This document shows positions 33,225-53,974 of a DNA stretch of 64,000 nt, piece after piece. Numbering within the stretch: position 1 is the first letter of the stretch; each line of letters starts with the position of its first letter. Source of the DNA: Phyllobates terribilis (Eukaryota); NCBI RefSeq assembly GCF_046119375.1, contig NW_027362765.1:93372001-93436000 (forward strand), given 5' to 3'. The translations under genes were made by a program, and so were the position numbers. Under the pieces are notes generated by a model. It did not search any database. It was not told where the DNA came from and saw nothing but the letters and a program-made list of their open reading frames with translations.

Positions 33225-36200
33225 ATGGCGGCGGTAAAGCTGAATGAGGTGCTGGACCCCAGCGCCTTGTTTGAGGCGCACAGCGCGGAGGAGATCCGGG
33301 GACTGGAGAGGAAGGTGCGGGCGGATATCGAGCAGAAGAAGGAAGAGCTGCGGCAGATGGTGGGAGAGCGATACCGGGACCTGATCGAGGCGGCGGACAC
33401 CATCGGAGAGATGCGGAGGAGCGCGGGGCTGGTGGTGGACGCGGTGCGGGGGATGGAGCGCTACTGCGGGGCACTGAGAGCCAAGGCCGGCCCGGCCCCG
33501 GGACAACGGGGAGGCGGCACCGCACAGGTGAGAATACGGCCGGCTCTGCTACATCTGTACAGGGGGAGAACACGGCCGGCTCTGCTACATCTGTACAGGG
33601 GGAGAACACGGCCGGCTCTGCTGCATCGGTACAGGGGGAGAACACGGCCGGCTCTGCTGCATCGGTACAGGGGGAGAGAACACGGCCGGCTCTGCTGCAT
33701 CGGTACAGGGGCGGAGAACGCGGCCGGCTCCGCCGCGCATCGGTACAGGGGCGGAGAACGCGGCCGGCTCCGCCGCGCATCGGTACAGGGGCGGAGAACG
33801 CGGCCGGCTCCGCCGCGCATCGGTACAGGGGCGGAGAACGCGGCCGGCTCCGCCGCGCATCGGTACAGGGGCGGAGAACGCGGCCGGCTCCGCCGCGCAT
33901 CGGTACAGGGGCAGAGAACGCGGCCGGCTCCGCCGCGCATCGGTACAGGGGCAGAGAACGCGGCCGGCTCCGCCGCGCATCGGTACAGGGGCAGAGAACG
34001 CGGCCGGCTCCGCCGCGCATCGGTACAGGGGCAGAGAACGCGGCCGGCTCCGCCGCGCATCGGTACAGGGGCAGAGAACGCGGCCGGCTCCGCCGCGCAT
34101 CTGTACAGGGGCAGAGAACGCGGCCGGCTCCGCCGCGCATCTGTACAGGGGCAGAGAACGCGGCCGGCTCCGCCGCGCATCTGTACAGGGGCAGAGAACG
34201 CGGCCGGCTCCGCCGCGCATCTGTACAGGGGCAGAGAACGCGGCCGGCTCTGCCGCGCATCTGTACAGGGGGAGTTCTAACCTTTCGGCGTTTTCTCTTC
34301 AGTCCCAGGAGCGGTTTTACTGCACGGCCGCCCAGATCAAGCTGCTGCTGGAGATCCCCGAGAAGATCTGGAGCGCCATGGAGTCGTCCCAGTTCCTGCG
34401 CGCCACTCAGCTCTACCTCCTGTGCTGCCACCTGCACTCCCTCCTGCAGCTGGACTCCTCCACCTCCCGCTACAGCCCCGTCCTCGCCAAGTTCCCCATA
34501 CTCATCCGCCAGGTGGCGGCCTCTGGCACCTTCCGGTAAGAACTGCAGACGTCTTCTAAGTACAGCGCCATCCCGCACCACAGGCCGCGTCTGGTACTGC
34601 GGCTCAGCTCTAGTGACATGAATGAGGCCGAGCTGTAGCACCAAGAGCATCCTGCAGGCAGGCGTGGTGCTGTTGTAGGAAGAAGGCGGTCCTGTTTTTT
34701 TTTTTTTTTTTTTAAGGTGTGTCTTCCATTTCCCCTCTGCAGCGCCACCATTCTGCAGGAGAGCAAGTCGCTCCTGAGATGTTCCTCAGCCTCTGACCAG
34801 TCGGTGGCGGAGGCCCTCTGCTCCATCATGCTCCTGGAGGACAGCTCCCCGCGACAAGCACTGGCTGATTTCCTGCTCGCTAGGAAGGCCGGGATTCAGC
34901 AGCTGCTCAACCAGCCGCACCACGGTGAGGGACTCGGCCCGGGGGCCACACGGGGTACAGGCCACCCACTGCTAAGTACTAAGCAGCACAGAGTATTTCA
35001 GGAGAGCAGTACACTGATCACGTTGAGTGCAGTTAAGTCATGTGATGGTGTTATGGAGGACAGGACTACTTGTCGGGAGAGGAGACTGGTTTCAGTCAAC
35101 AGGAAGAGCAGCACAGAGTATTTCAGGAGCGGAGATGGGAGGCAACGTGCGGGAGAAGGTGTCAGTGAGGATCGGACTGCATATTAGGCGGACGGTGCCA
35201 TGTGGGGAGGGGGATGGAGAGAGCTGTCAGCAGTAGGAATTAGGGTCTCAGCAGCACAGAGTATTTCAGGAGCAGAGTGTGCTGATCTGATGGGAGGCGG
35301 TGCTTTCTCACGTGGGGATTTTAGTGATGACGGGCTGCGCATGTACAGGAGAAAGAGGGGAGGGAAATGATCTTGCTGGTTAATAAGTTAAGGCGCTAGG
35401 TTATTACTTGGCAGCACAGAGGATTTCAGCAGAGCAACTGATAAAATTGGACGCACTGATGAGGTTTTTAGCCCGGACATGGAGTCACGGGGACCGTGTC
35501 ATGTTGGGAGGGAACTGAAAACCAAAGCGAAGTCACCAGCAGACCGCTCAAGGACTTGGATTACTATTCAGCACAGAGTGTTTCAGCACAGCACATCGCA
35601 GTACGCGCACATGAGGACACGACTGCATGTAAAATAAGTGAGAACCTGATGTAAGGATGGGGTTCTGCTGCTACCATTGTCAGCTTGTGCCTTAAGAGCG
35701 GCAGTCTGCTGAAACACTCTGTGCTGCTTTTGTATAAGGCTATATTAGAATGGCCATCTAAGCCATCCATCATTTTTTTTTTCTTGTCTTTCAGGCTCCA
35801 GCATAAAGTCCCAGGTGTGTTCCCTGGTAGAGCTGTTGGCAAATACCCTGTACCAGGCCCATGCCCTCTTCTACACGCAGCCCGACGCCGTGCCGGCCGA
35901 CCCTGCCCTCAGCTGTGGCCTCCTGTTCTCTATGTTAGAGACAGTCACCGCCCAGCAGGCCGGAGGTAAGATGCCCGTTTCTCCCATCATTCACATGTGC
36001 CCACCTTACCCGCCGGCCTGTGTGCCCACCCTGCCGCTGGCACAGTGCCAGTCTCATATTCGTTTATGGGTCTTTACTGTTACAGGGAAAGGCATCAAAG
36101 TATTAAGAGAGGAGATGCAGTCCGTCAACTGGTCCAAGCACCTGCCGCCCTCCGTCCTGGACTTCCAGCCCACACTGCGGACCCTCGCTCGCCCTATAAA

Positions 36201-39200
36201 CCAGGACTATCTACGAGAAACTCTGCAGCAGTGGATTAACCTGTAAGATTCCAGGTCTTGTATGTACTTAAAGGGGTTTAACATTGATGGGTTATCAATG
36301 TCTGGTCGGTGGGAGTGTGACACCCAGCACCCCCGCCAATCAGCTGTTCCCGGTGTCAACGGCGGCCGGAACTGCTCAGTTGCAGGGCTGGGATGTATTT
36401 ACACAGGTTAACAGGACCCCCAGTCTCATGATTGTCCCAGGCACCATGATTAGATGTATATCCTATGACAAAATGTTTGTGGGATAATCCCTTTAAGAGC
36501 AGAAAATCCCTTTAAGACAAGAGACGAGGGTAAGGGCATGTATCTTATGCCACTGTTGTATTTCTGCCAGGTGCAATGAAGACATAAAATCTGGGATTTC
36601 GGCACTGCTGGTCTACGTGAAGACCCTGAAGGGCCTGGCTGGTATCAGAGACGCCGTGTGGGAGCTCTTGACCAGCGACTCCATGAGCCACAACTGGGGG
36701 AAAGTTTGTCAGCGACTACTGGATCGTCCCATCCGTTTCTGGGAGGACATGATGCAGCAGCTGTTCTTGGACAGACTGCAGGTTGGTGCTCGCTTTGGGG
36801 CTTATATATTCGGTCATTAGAGATCATTTCCAAATTCCGAGTAGCCTCATTAAAGGGATTGTCCATTATTGGGTCCCCCTGCCCGTCTACGGGCTGCCGG
36901 GTTCCCCCTGTCAGTCTACGGGCCGCCGGGGTCCCCCTGACATTCCTACCGAATAGGAAGAACCATGCTCTTCTCAGCATCCCAGCGCCCATAAGACAAC
37001 GGCTGACCTGTGTCGTGTACCTAAATGACAGATGATGGAAGAAAAGAAGGATCTCGCATATTGGATTTCGATATGCCCAATCCTCTGTTATCATTAGAGA
37101 TAAGCGGCCGCCTGAAGTGTCTGGTAGCTGCTTTTTCTTGCACACGTGTATGGGGGGGTCGTAGAGGTAGCGGCTCAGTCGGCAGCTACATGTATGGACA
37201 CCTTAAAGGGTTATTGCCAACTTCAGCAAAGTAGATGACACACATGCACATCCCTTGTAAAGGGGCCTTTTAGAGCCCGGTTCTCAGGATTAGTGGGGGT
37301 CCCAGCAGTCGGACCCCCAGCAGATTGTCACCTACCCTGGGGATGGGGTGACAACTTGCAATAACCCTTTGTAATCTTGACATTTTGTTTCCTCCCTGTT
37401 GCGCAGACTTTGATAAAAGAAGGGCTGGAGTCGATCTCCTCGGACTCGGTGCAGCTGCTGCTCTCCACCCTGCAGGACCTGGAGAGGAGCCCGGACTCCC
37501 TGAAGCACATCCAACACGAAAGTAACATCTGCTCCTTCCTGTGGTCCGAAAGCCAAAGTGACCTTCTGCCAGATGCCGCCTGGATCAGCGTGGCAAACCG
37601 CGGCCCCCAGCGCAGGAGCGGCCTCTCCCTGAAAGCCCAGGCGGTCACTCCCTGCATCCAGAGCTTCTGCCAAGTCATAGACTCCAAACTGAAGGTGAAG
37701 CTGGAGGACCTGATGTCCTACCTCCCGAGGGAGGCACCAGCCGGTGAGCAGCAGGACCAACCTCTCGGCGGCAAAGCCTCGGCTTTCGATCGGTACGGTG
37801 ATGCCAGGACGGTGCAGGAGATGTTATGCCAGCACTGCCTCACGTGTATGCAGCACATCCAGGACTCGGTCAGGGCACAGTTGAAATCTGCGGCAGATTC
37901 GGAGCCAGCTGGTAACGCTGCCACGTGCGGGTACACACTGGGCAGGGTACTGTTCCTGGCTAGGCTGTGCCAGTCATTAAGCGAACTCTGCCCTCATTTG
38001 AAGCAGTGCATCTTAGGAAAGTCCGGCGGCATCGAACATACGATCAGAGAGGCTAAGGCCACCAAGAAGTCTGGTAAAGGGAGGGCCGCCGACAAGCCGC
38101 AAGTCGTCTGCAAGTGGCAGGAGCTGAAAGACAAACTCGTAAAACAGTCCCTGGATGCCTACTCCATCTGGAGCGCCACCGTGGTAAAAGTAAGTGGTGG
38201 GAGGCGGACTATTCCCCCTTCATAAAACAATGCAGACAATCCAGAGCTGCATTCAGAATTCTGCGAGCTTCAGAGCTGAACTCTTACAGCAGCTCTTGCG
38301 CAAAGTGGTTTTTCTTATTTTCATCTGCTGCCCCTTGCATTATAAGTAGCCTTTCTTATTCGCACCTTTTCCCACAGCACTTAGTCCGTTCCTTCGTGAA
38401 TACCTTGCTGCAGAGCACAGCCGGATCGGTGCTCGCTACCGCCACCCAGTGGGATGAAATAGAAATTCAGGAGGAAACTGAGGCAGGAAGCAGCGTCACA
38501 TCAAAGATCCGACTCCCTGGTCAGGTGGGAAGTTTATTAGGACTGACGCTGTAAACGTCGGTCTTAGCCTGATTTGCGGTACTTGGCACATTTATTAAGA
38601 GACACAGCTGTTGGTAAATTTGGGGCATCTTTGGCTATACTGATGCCAGAAAATGAAATCTGTTAGCAGCAGGTGTAGATTTGTGTCCCGTTTGCCCCAA
38701 CTTCTGGCATCCACGTGTCCTGGTCCACAGGACGCCCCACATCTCCCAGTCTAGACGCTGCTTAATTTTCCCATCACTATAAAATTTGTCTTATAATTTG
38801 CAACTTCTCTACACCATAGAAATGGAGCCTTTACTTTACTGTTGTTGGAATTTTATTGAATATTACATTGTGCCACAATTGTGAGGCAGAGTACTCCGCT
38901 TGTATCCAACTGAAAAGGACACTGCTCTGCCCACTTATCCTTTCCAGTTGAATACAAGCTTCAAAAACAACCGCTAAAAAATGACAGTAGCCATGGTGAA
39001 TTTACTCTCTTGTGGGATGAAATTGTAAGTAATGAATGACTTCACTAATATCTTCTCTGCTTTATGTCCACTCCCTGACCCGATCATAATCTTTGTATTT
39101 GTGGTTTCCGGCTGCAGTGCTCCTGGTACGTCCAGTCGCTTCTGTTCAATTTGTGCCAAGCGGTCAACCGAGTTGGAGGGCACGCCCTGCCCAAAGTGAC

Positions 39201-42200
39201 CCTGCAGGCGTTACTGAGGAACTGCCTGGATGAAGTACTCAGTGCATACGAGAAGCTGTGCCAGGAAGGTTTGGGAAAGGTTTGGTCATATTATATATCT
39301 GATTTCCAGTAGTTCTAATACTGTAGGTGCTGATGATACCTGGGTTGTAGCACAGCTCAGCTATGCAGAAGATGAATCTAATGACCCTGCCTAATAAACC
39401 ATCTGAGAGCCGGGTTGTAGCCGCTATGCAGAAGATGCACCTAATCTGTCTAATTCACGAAATTCTGATGAACCTAAGACCCTGTCTAATAAAAGAAAAA
39501 AAACGCTCACACGGCAACACGGCGTTTTCATTGCCATGTTGTTTATGCTCGAGCTCTGCTATGCCTGCAGGGGAGAGCTTGATCTGACGATGCCAATGAA
39601 CAACTAATGAAATGTGGAGTGTGTAAATAGTAATGAATACTGATCACATAGTGGATCATAGTCACTAAGTTCACAACCATCAATGGTCTCCTCATCCATA
39701 GAAACAAAAATTGCCACTGTTGATCTATATCAGGAAGCACAAAGGACAGCAAAGCAAGGGAGGGGGCCTGCAGCACTGAAGAGAAGCTGGGTACTGCTTG
39801 TTTAAGGAGGTTTAGGTTGAACTGAATGGCAATCCTCCTTCATAGGTTGTGTCCCCCTCAAGCAAAGTGAGCAGGGCTGATCTGCAATATCACGCGCAGC
39901 CTTAGAACAAATATGGTGCTGTCTTTGGAAGAATGCAGTCGTCTTCTGAACATAGACAGCCCCCCCAAGTTCTTTGGGGTCTGTAGGAATTGGATGTTAA
40001 ATCATGACCTCCTGGACCCCAATATACCACTACTTTGTCCCCTTCACTATTCTACTTGCACTGTGGCTATTTCGTATACTCTATGCTGCAGCTCAGTTCA
40101 CTTGCAGGATATATATTTATATTTTTTTGCAGAAATCGGCAAATCCCGTCACACAGACCAGAGCTCTGCAGCTGCTTTTTGACCTCCGCTACCTGTGCCT
40201 AGTCCTCAGCTCCCGTGCAGAAGATGGAAAGAGTGGTAAAACGAAGCCAGACTCCAGGTATGTTACTGGCAACAGGGAGTGTTGTCATAGGATTCTTGCA
40301 TCTCCGATTGTCATGGGATTGTGGTTATGTTGCAGAATTCAGCATGTGGCCGATCAGCTGGAGGGTCGCATCGATCCGTTCGATTTGGACGTCTTTACCC
40401 CACACCTGAATGTGAACCTAAACCGACTGGCCCAGAGGACGTCAGTAAGTGGCTCGTGTGCGGTGTTATAACCTGTCCTCGGGTGGATCTGATTCTGGAT
40501 TATCAAATGGACTTAGATAGAGATAGTGAGAATCGATTTGCAGGACCCGGTCCAGCGGGCATGTCACTAATCTGTGGTCACTGGACGGGAGCCCTACATT
40601 ATCCGTGGCTCTGCTTTTGATTGACATGATGGAGGCACAGTCTTAGGAGTGACTTCCCTTTCCTGTTGCAGGTCCTATTTGGGTTACTCACAGGAGCTGA
40701 AAGCCAGTTCATCAGCAGAAGTTCCACGCTGGGGGTCCAGGAGACGCACAATGTGCTGCCATTGGCGTCCAGCCAGATACGGTAATGGCCGCTTTAGATG
40801 TGTGGGAAGGGAGTCCGACCACAGAAGTCAACGGAAAATAAGTGCACCTGTTGGGGCTGCGCACTCAGTGCTGTAACAAAGACACTGGAATAGTATTTCA
40901 TATCAATTTCCCCAAATTTTTGCCCACAAATTAAAATCTCACCCACTTTTCTGCACCTGTGATCTGCTGCCGATTATCTTCCTCCAAACCGGGCAGATCT
41001 GTCACATGTGATCGCAGCAATTTATGAAGTTTGCAAGTAGGGGTCTCCGGGGTCTGCTGCTGCCCTTTGCTGGGATCACAAAGATGACCAGGTGCATCCA
41101 GTCTGTGACCAAGAAGCGACTTATGGGCTTGTGTTTTTTAGGTTCGGGCTGCTTCCGCTCAGTATGACGAGTTCACGGAAGTCACTGAGCCGAACCGTGG
41201 AAGAGGTGAGAACGCAGGTGAGTGCTGCGACAGTGCACGTGTGAGATATACGCTCTGCCCCACCTTGTTCCATTATGCACCATTTTTTGGTCTAGCACTT
41301 ACTATTAGATGGGGACGGATGGCACCCTATCATAAAGATAATTAGGGCTGTGCCAATCGATGGAGTACTGCTAACCCATGCCAAGTACAGGCTATCCATT
41401 ATTAAAGGGCAGTGGTCTCCAGCGGTTGTAGAATCATGGCTCTCAAGCTCATCAAACATCCAGGGCATGCTGAGAGTTGTAGTCTTGCAACACCTGGAGA
41501 GCTCCACATTGCAGATGATCAGGAGCGGGGCATTGTTATTCATTCCTGACACATTTTGTTTTTTTACTCCTGTGAATTATCTTCTAGCTGTTAGCGAGCC
41601 ACATCCTGCTCTAGAAGTCTGCGCCACGAGGGCGGGAGTCTGATGTGTAAGCGGCTGAAGGGTATTGATGTGTCTTGCAGTGAATCGCATTTTTATAAGT
41701 GCATGTTGTTCGCTTTGGCAGCGCTTAGCCCAGATGTCAGAATGTCACGAGGGTAAAGAACGGAGCTGGTTCTCCCTGCTGACTCATCTGTGATCTGTAA
41801 TATCTTTGCTCCCGTGCCTGCAGAGCAAGGGGGCTGACTGTGCTAAAATGTAGTCATGGGTCTCATCTGAGGATATTCTGCTTGTGCAGTCACTGTGTAC
41901 ATACATTACATTACTTATCCTGTGCAGATCCTGTATTATACTTCAGAGCTGCACTCACTATTCTGCTGGTGCAATCACTCTGTACAGACATTAACACTAC
42001 TTATCCTGTATTACTCTGCAGAGCTGCACTTACAAGTCAGAATCAATCCTTTTACCCCTACTTTGGGTGCCGGTGTATGGAGCTGGTTCAGTCTCTCAAG
42101 CAGATGTCGGCTGTATTACACAGGTGGCCTCGTTCTGTAACAGCAGTAACCAGACCTAGGTCAGATTACTGCTGTTTAACCATTTAGATGCAGCTGTTGG

Positions 42201-43358
42201 TCACTCAAAAGCACCACTCCAGTGTGTTTTTTTTCAGAGCTGGAGTGGTGCTTTAAGTGTAAGACGCCGGTCATATACTCTCCCTCTGGCGTCGTACCCC
42301 TGTGCCATCTTGTGAGCGCAACTTCTGACAGCTGGAATTCATAAGCTCCGCTCACAAACTCTCAATACAAGTCTGAGGACCAGAACCAGGCTCCCAGACT
42401 TACAATGATTGGTGACCTCGACGCCCTCCAGCAGACACTGGAGCTGCGGGCAGGTCACTTTTCACAGGACATGAATCGGAGCAGTGGGGAAACTGATGAA
42501 GGCGGCGCAAGGTGAGTATATGGCAGGTGACTTACAGTTAAAGCACCACTCTAGCGCTGCAATAAAAAAAGTGGATTGGTGCGTTAAAGGATTTGATGGC
42601 TGGTGCTCACCCAGCTCTAATCTCGCCACCCCTACGATGTGATCAGGGTCAAAACCCCCCAGTGCTATTATGTTGTTCCTCCTACAGGAGGACGTCATTT
42701 TGACAAGGATATAGAAGCAGCGGTCTCACATGCATGTCCTGTAAGGGGACTTAAAGGGAAATCTAAAGTTTTGAAAATAAGAAACAAGAATAAGCAGATT
42801 CAGGTTCCTAAAAATCCAATCAAAATTAACCCAAACAGTAAATATTGTAAAGAAAAAAATTAAAGTAAATATTCTGGAATTGCATTTTTTGATCACCAGT
42901 CAGGTTATCATAATAGTAATAAACTACAGCTCACCACATTAAAAAATATATATATTACAAGTCCATCAACAGAAAAAAAAAATAGATATTGGTTGCATAT
43001 AACTAACAAATTTCCAGTTTTCTGGGACCCCTAGAGACCTCCGATAGTCACAGCTCCACAGATTTTCCCATTGCATGAAACTTTGCAGTGATTGTATCTA
43101 TACATCGGAGCCCATCTTCCTGAGGTCCCTACAAGTCGCACTCTGGATTGGTTTCCACCAGTTTCAATAAATCTCCCCTATGACAAGATGTATTATATTT
43201 TCCTGACCTGTTCTTCGCAGGTAACAGCGACTGTCCCAAAAGCTGAAGACGACACATTCAGACCGGGGTCTTTGTTCAGACAACTGGCGACGCAGGATGA
43301 CGAGACACAGGCCCCATCTCTCTTCAAACTGGGCTGGCTGTCCAGCATGACCAAGTGA
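33225..43358 (+). CDS. COG1: Conserved oligomeric Golgi complex subunit 1, 14 coding exons, 968 aa
   Basis: join(33225-33527,34303-34535,34743-34924,35795-35965,36086-36242,36571-36781,37407-38189,38378-38524,39118-39279,40133-40257,40336-40444,40672-40781,41142-41217,43221-43358). All introns are GT-AG, phases are consistent, total 2907 nt. Vps51/COG1 N-terminus (KKEELRQMVGERYRDLIEAADTI) and C-terminus SLFKLGWLSSMTK. Confidence 0.96.
33537..34272 (+). repeat. GC-rich 36-40-bp VNTR (~19 units) filling COG1 intron 1
   Basis: Five 36-38-bp units followed by fourteen 40-bp units CGGCCGGCTCCGCCGCGCATC(G/T)GTACAGGGGC(G/A)GAGAACG starting at 33721. Confidence 0.95.
36272..36492. mobile_element. 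Kolobok/T2-like MITE in COG1 intron 5
   Basis: TTAA|AGGGG...CCCT|TTAA with internal inverted segments. Confidence 0.65.
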
Positions 43359-43414
43359 CCCCACCGCCCGCGCTGAAGAACCCACATATTGAAACAAACC
43401 GGCATTTTGAGCAA

Positions 43415-43420
43415 ATTAAA
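43415..43420 (+). terminator. Candidate COG1 polyadenylation signal ATTAAA
   Basis: 56 nt after the stop codon, followed by T/GT-rich sequence. Confidence 0.55.
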
Positions 43421-43425
43421 TAACT

Positions 43426-43431
43426 TTTATT
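43426..43431 (-). terminator. Candidate FAM104A distal polyadenylation signal AATAAA
   Basis: TTTATT on the plus strand, ~2.5 kb downstream of the FAM104A stop. Confidence 0.45.
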
Positions 43432-45888
43432 GTGCATCAATCCCAGTTTGTATTGCCTGTGTTTCCACCTCATAATTCAGGGTAACATTGTAGCAAGATA
43501 CAAAACTTCCTTGCATTCTCCGGCAGCAAAAGAAAATAGAAAAATAACGTAAACCGCACTGACGACCACTTCTCCGAAATAAACTGCAGGTGGTCACGTG
43601 CCAGAAGGGCAGGGGGTAGAGTGTGGGTAGCGAGTCGTCTTCCAAAAATAGAGCCCCCTTTGTACAGTATTGTAGCTCTTAATCATTCATTGGAGCGAAG
43701 CCGCAATACTGCACACAACCTGGAGCGAGGAGTGATGCTGTTTAATCTACTTTACCCGTCCAGGTTACTTTTGAGCATTTGTATTAGACTGGGGCTACAC
43801 GGCTATGTTGGTGACGGCTAAGGTTCCCCAAGTGTTGCTGCTACATTGCAGCGCAATACAAGTTAATGGGGTCCCGTTGCAACCCGTGAGGGTACTGCGA
43901 CCAAAAAAAAAAAAAAAGTCAGATGTGGTTGACGTTCTGGTGCCTTATTTTTTGGCACATGTGACCCCTTATGTAGGAGTGACAACCAGATTTGGCAGCA
44001 CAATATTTTGCAGCCATGTAGTCCCTACCTTACAATGCAAATTCTACCAAGCTTTTGCAAAGCCACTTTACAATTTTCCCCTTTTAAAATGTATTTTTTG
44101 CTGCCCCCAAGCTGATGCATATATACTCCATCCTTATTAATGATCAGAGTGGGTGTCTGCCTGCCATATTAAGCCACCCTAAACTCTTGGACATGACCCT
44201 AGGCAGTCTAAGGCTTAGCTCAGACGGGCATATTTCACAGTCTGTATGCATAACTAAAATGCCCTGACTGAGCGCAGGTCAGACACAAATGTGCAAGTTC
44301 AGGTTGGGACCCCAGCGGTCAGTCTGCACATTGCAGTTTGTATACAGGCCATGAAATACACCCATGTGAACCCAAACTAAGGGGATATTCGAGGAGCAGA
44401 TCTGTTCGAGAAAGCCTCACACCTGTCCGGCAGGTTGGTAGAAATCTACGTACGTGCCAACAAGACATCTCCCATCACTGGTACGAAACGTCTGCAAAAA
44501 TCTACCCCAATAGGAATTTTTGCATTTTGCTCATTGTGAACCAAAGTGGTATTGAGTATAAATGGAGGCGATCGATGGCTTTGTACCAATGTAGCACCAA
44601 AGAGAAGGAGTTCAAGCCACAGGGAAAGTGACCACCATGGGGCTTATTACAAAGGGGCCTACAATGGGGACAGATTGCACGATACTTGCCGGGCATTATA
44701 CAGTTTACCCGCCCAGTGTGCAGTAATGTCTCAACGTCAGATCAGGCGCTACACAATGATTTTCATAAAAGGTGATGAGCAAGTAAATAGCCTGTCAAAT
44801 CTAACAACCCAGTCTTTAATAGGGCGGCCGTGGCTCATGGCCCTACGGGCGGTTACTCTGATCTCAAGTACACATACAGTGCTCTTATCAGACACCATAT
44901 GGCAGCACACATAGGGTGCTGCTCCTTGACTGAGGCATTAAAGGGGTGATCCAACAGCTATGTTCATGAGAGGAGCGGATGGCAACTTGTCAGGTATCAT
45001 GGACCAGTGATGTAGAACAGACACATGAACAGTATCTGGCAAGCAGGTGTTGCCCCCACAGCAGTAGCTGGATTAAGTGGCCAATGCATCTGCTGCCACC
45101 TTTCAGTGTTGCGATGGCTGTGGTGGTCTAATACCACAACCAACCAGGCTCTGCGATCCCTTCAGTAAACAACCTGATAGTTAAACTTATGATCAGGTCT
45201 TAAACAAAAAGCATAAAAGGTGGGATGAATTTAGGTAGAAGATAACATATGCAAAAACAAAGCATCCATAACGTCAGGCTTCAATGCCAGGACAACTACC
45301 GTCCGCTCGTAGTCGAGCCCGACCACAACACTAATTTATAGCCAAGTGACACAAAACTGGGGGCACATCCCCATCCCGACTGGCTAGCTGGCATATGGGT
45401 CAGAAGAATGAAAAAGAAGCTCCCTGGTTTGCCACAGGGTGACCCTTATGCCACGCAAGGTGGTAAAAAGTAATGGCGATGGAAGCTCTGGTCCAAGACA
45501 AAAGGCGCTTTGTTCCATTGCTCCTGTGGTCTGAAAAATGGAAGTGGAACCAAGCAAGTGTATTTACCCCCCCCAAAAGGTGCTAATGAACAGGAAGGGG
45601 GAGGGCGGGGGAATATATATACAAATTAAATATACACAACAACTAAATGCACACGGCAAGATGGCATCTCAGAGCACGGAGGGTTTCCTTGTCCAAAGGG
45701 CCTCATACAACAGAAAATGGCACCTCCGTGCACCCAGAAAGGGGCTGAACTGAGCAAGTAATAATCTGTTAACTTGGTAGCAAGTTTGAAACAACTGAAC
45801 AAAGCTGCCGGACAACTGGGTGTACAACCTGAGGGCTGTAATATTGGCATAAGATACAGTTTGCTGGGTAAGATCCATGGCTGGCAGG

Positions 45889-53967
<8,079 letters not shown>

Positions 53968-53974
53968 CCTCCTC

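Noticed and set aside
33088-34650. 520-aa and other long minus-strand ORFs
   Set aside because: Antisense shadow of GC-rich COG1 exons 1-2 and the intron-1 VNTR.
34980-35728. CRISPR array interpretation of the spaced 19-bp motif
   Set aside because: Vertebrate intron, spacers of 100-140 bp and variable length, no cas genes; kept only as an unexplained repeat.
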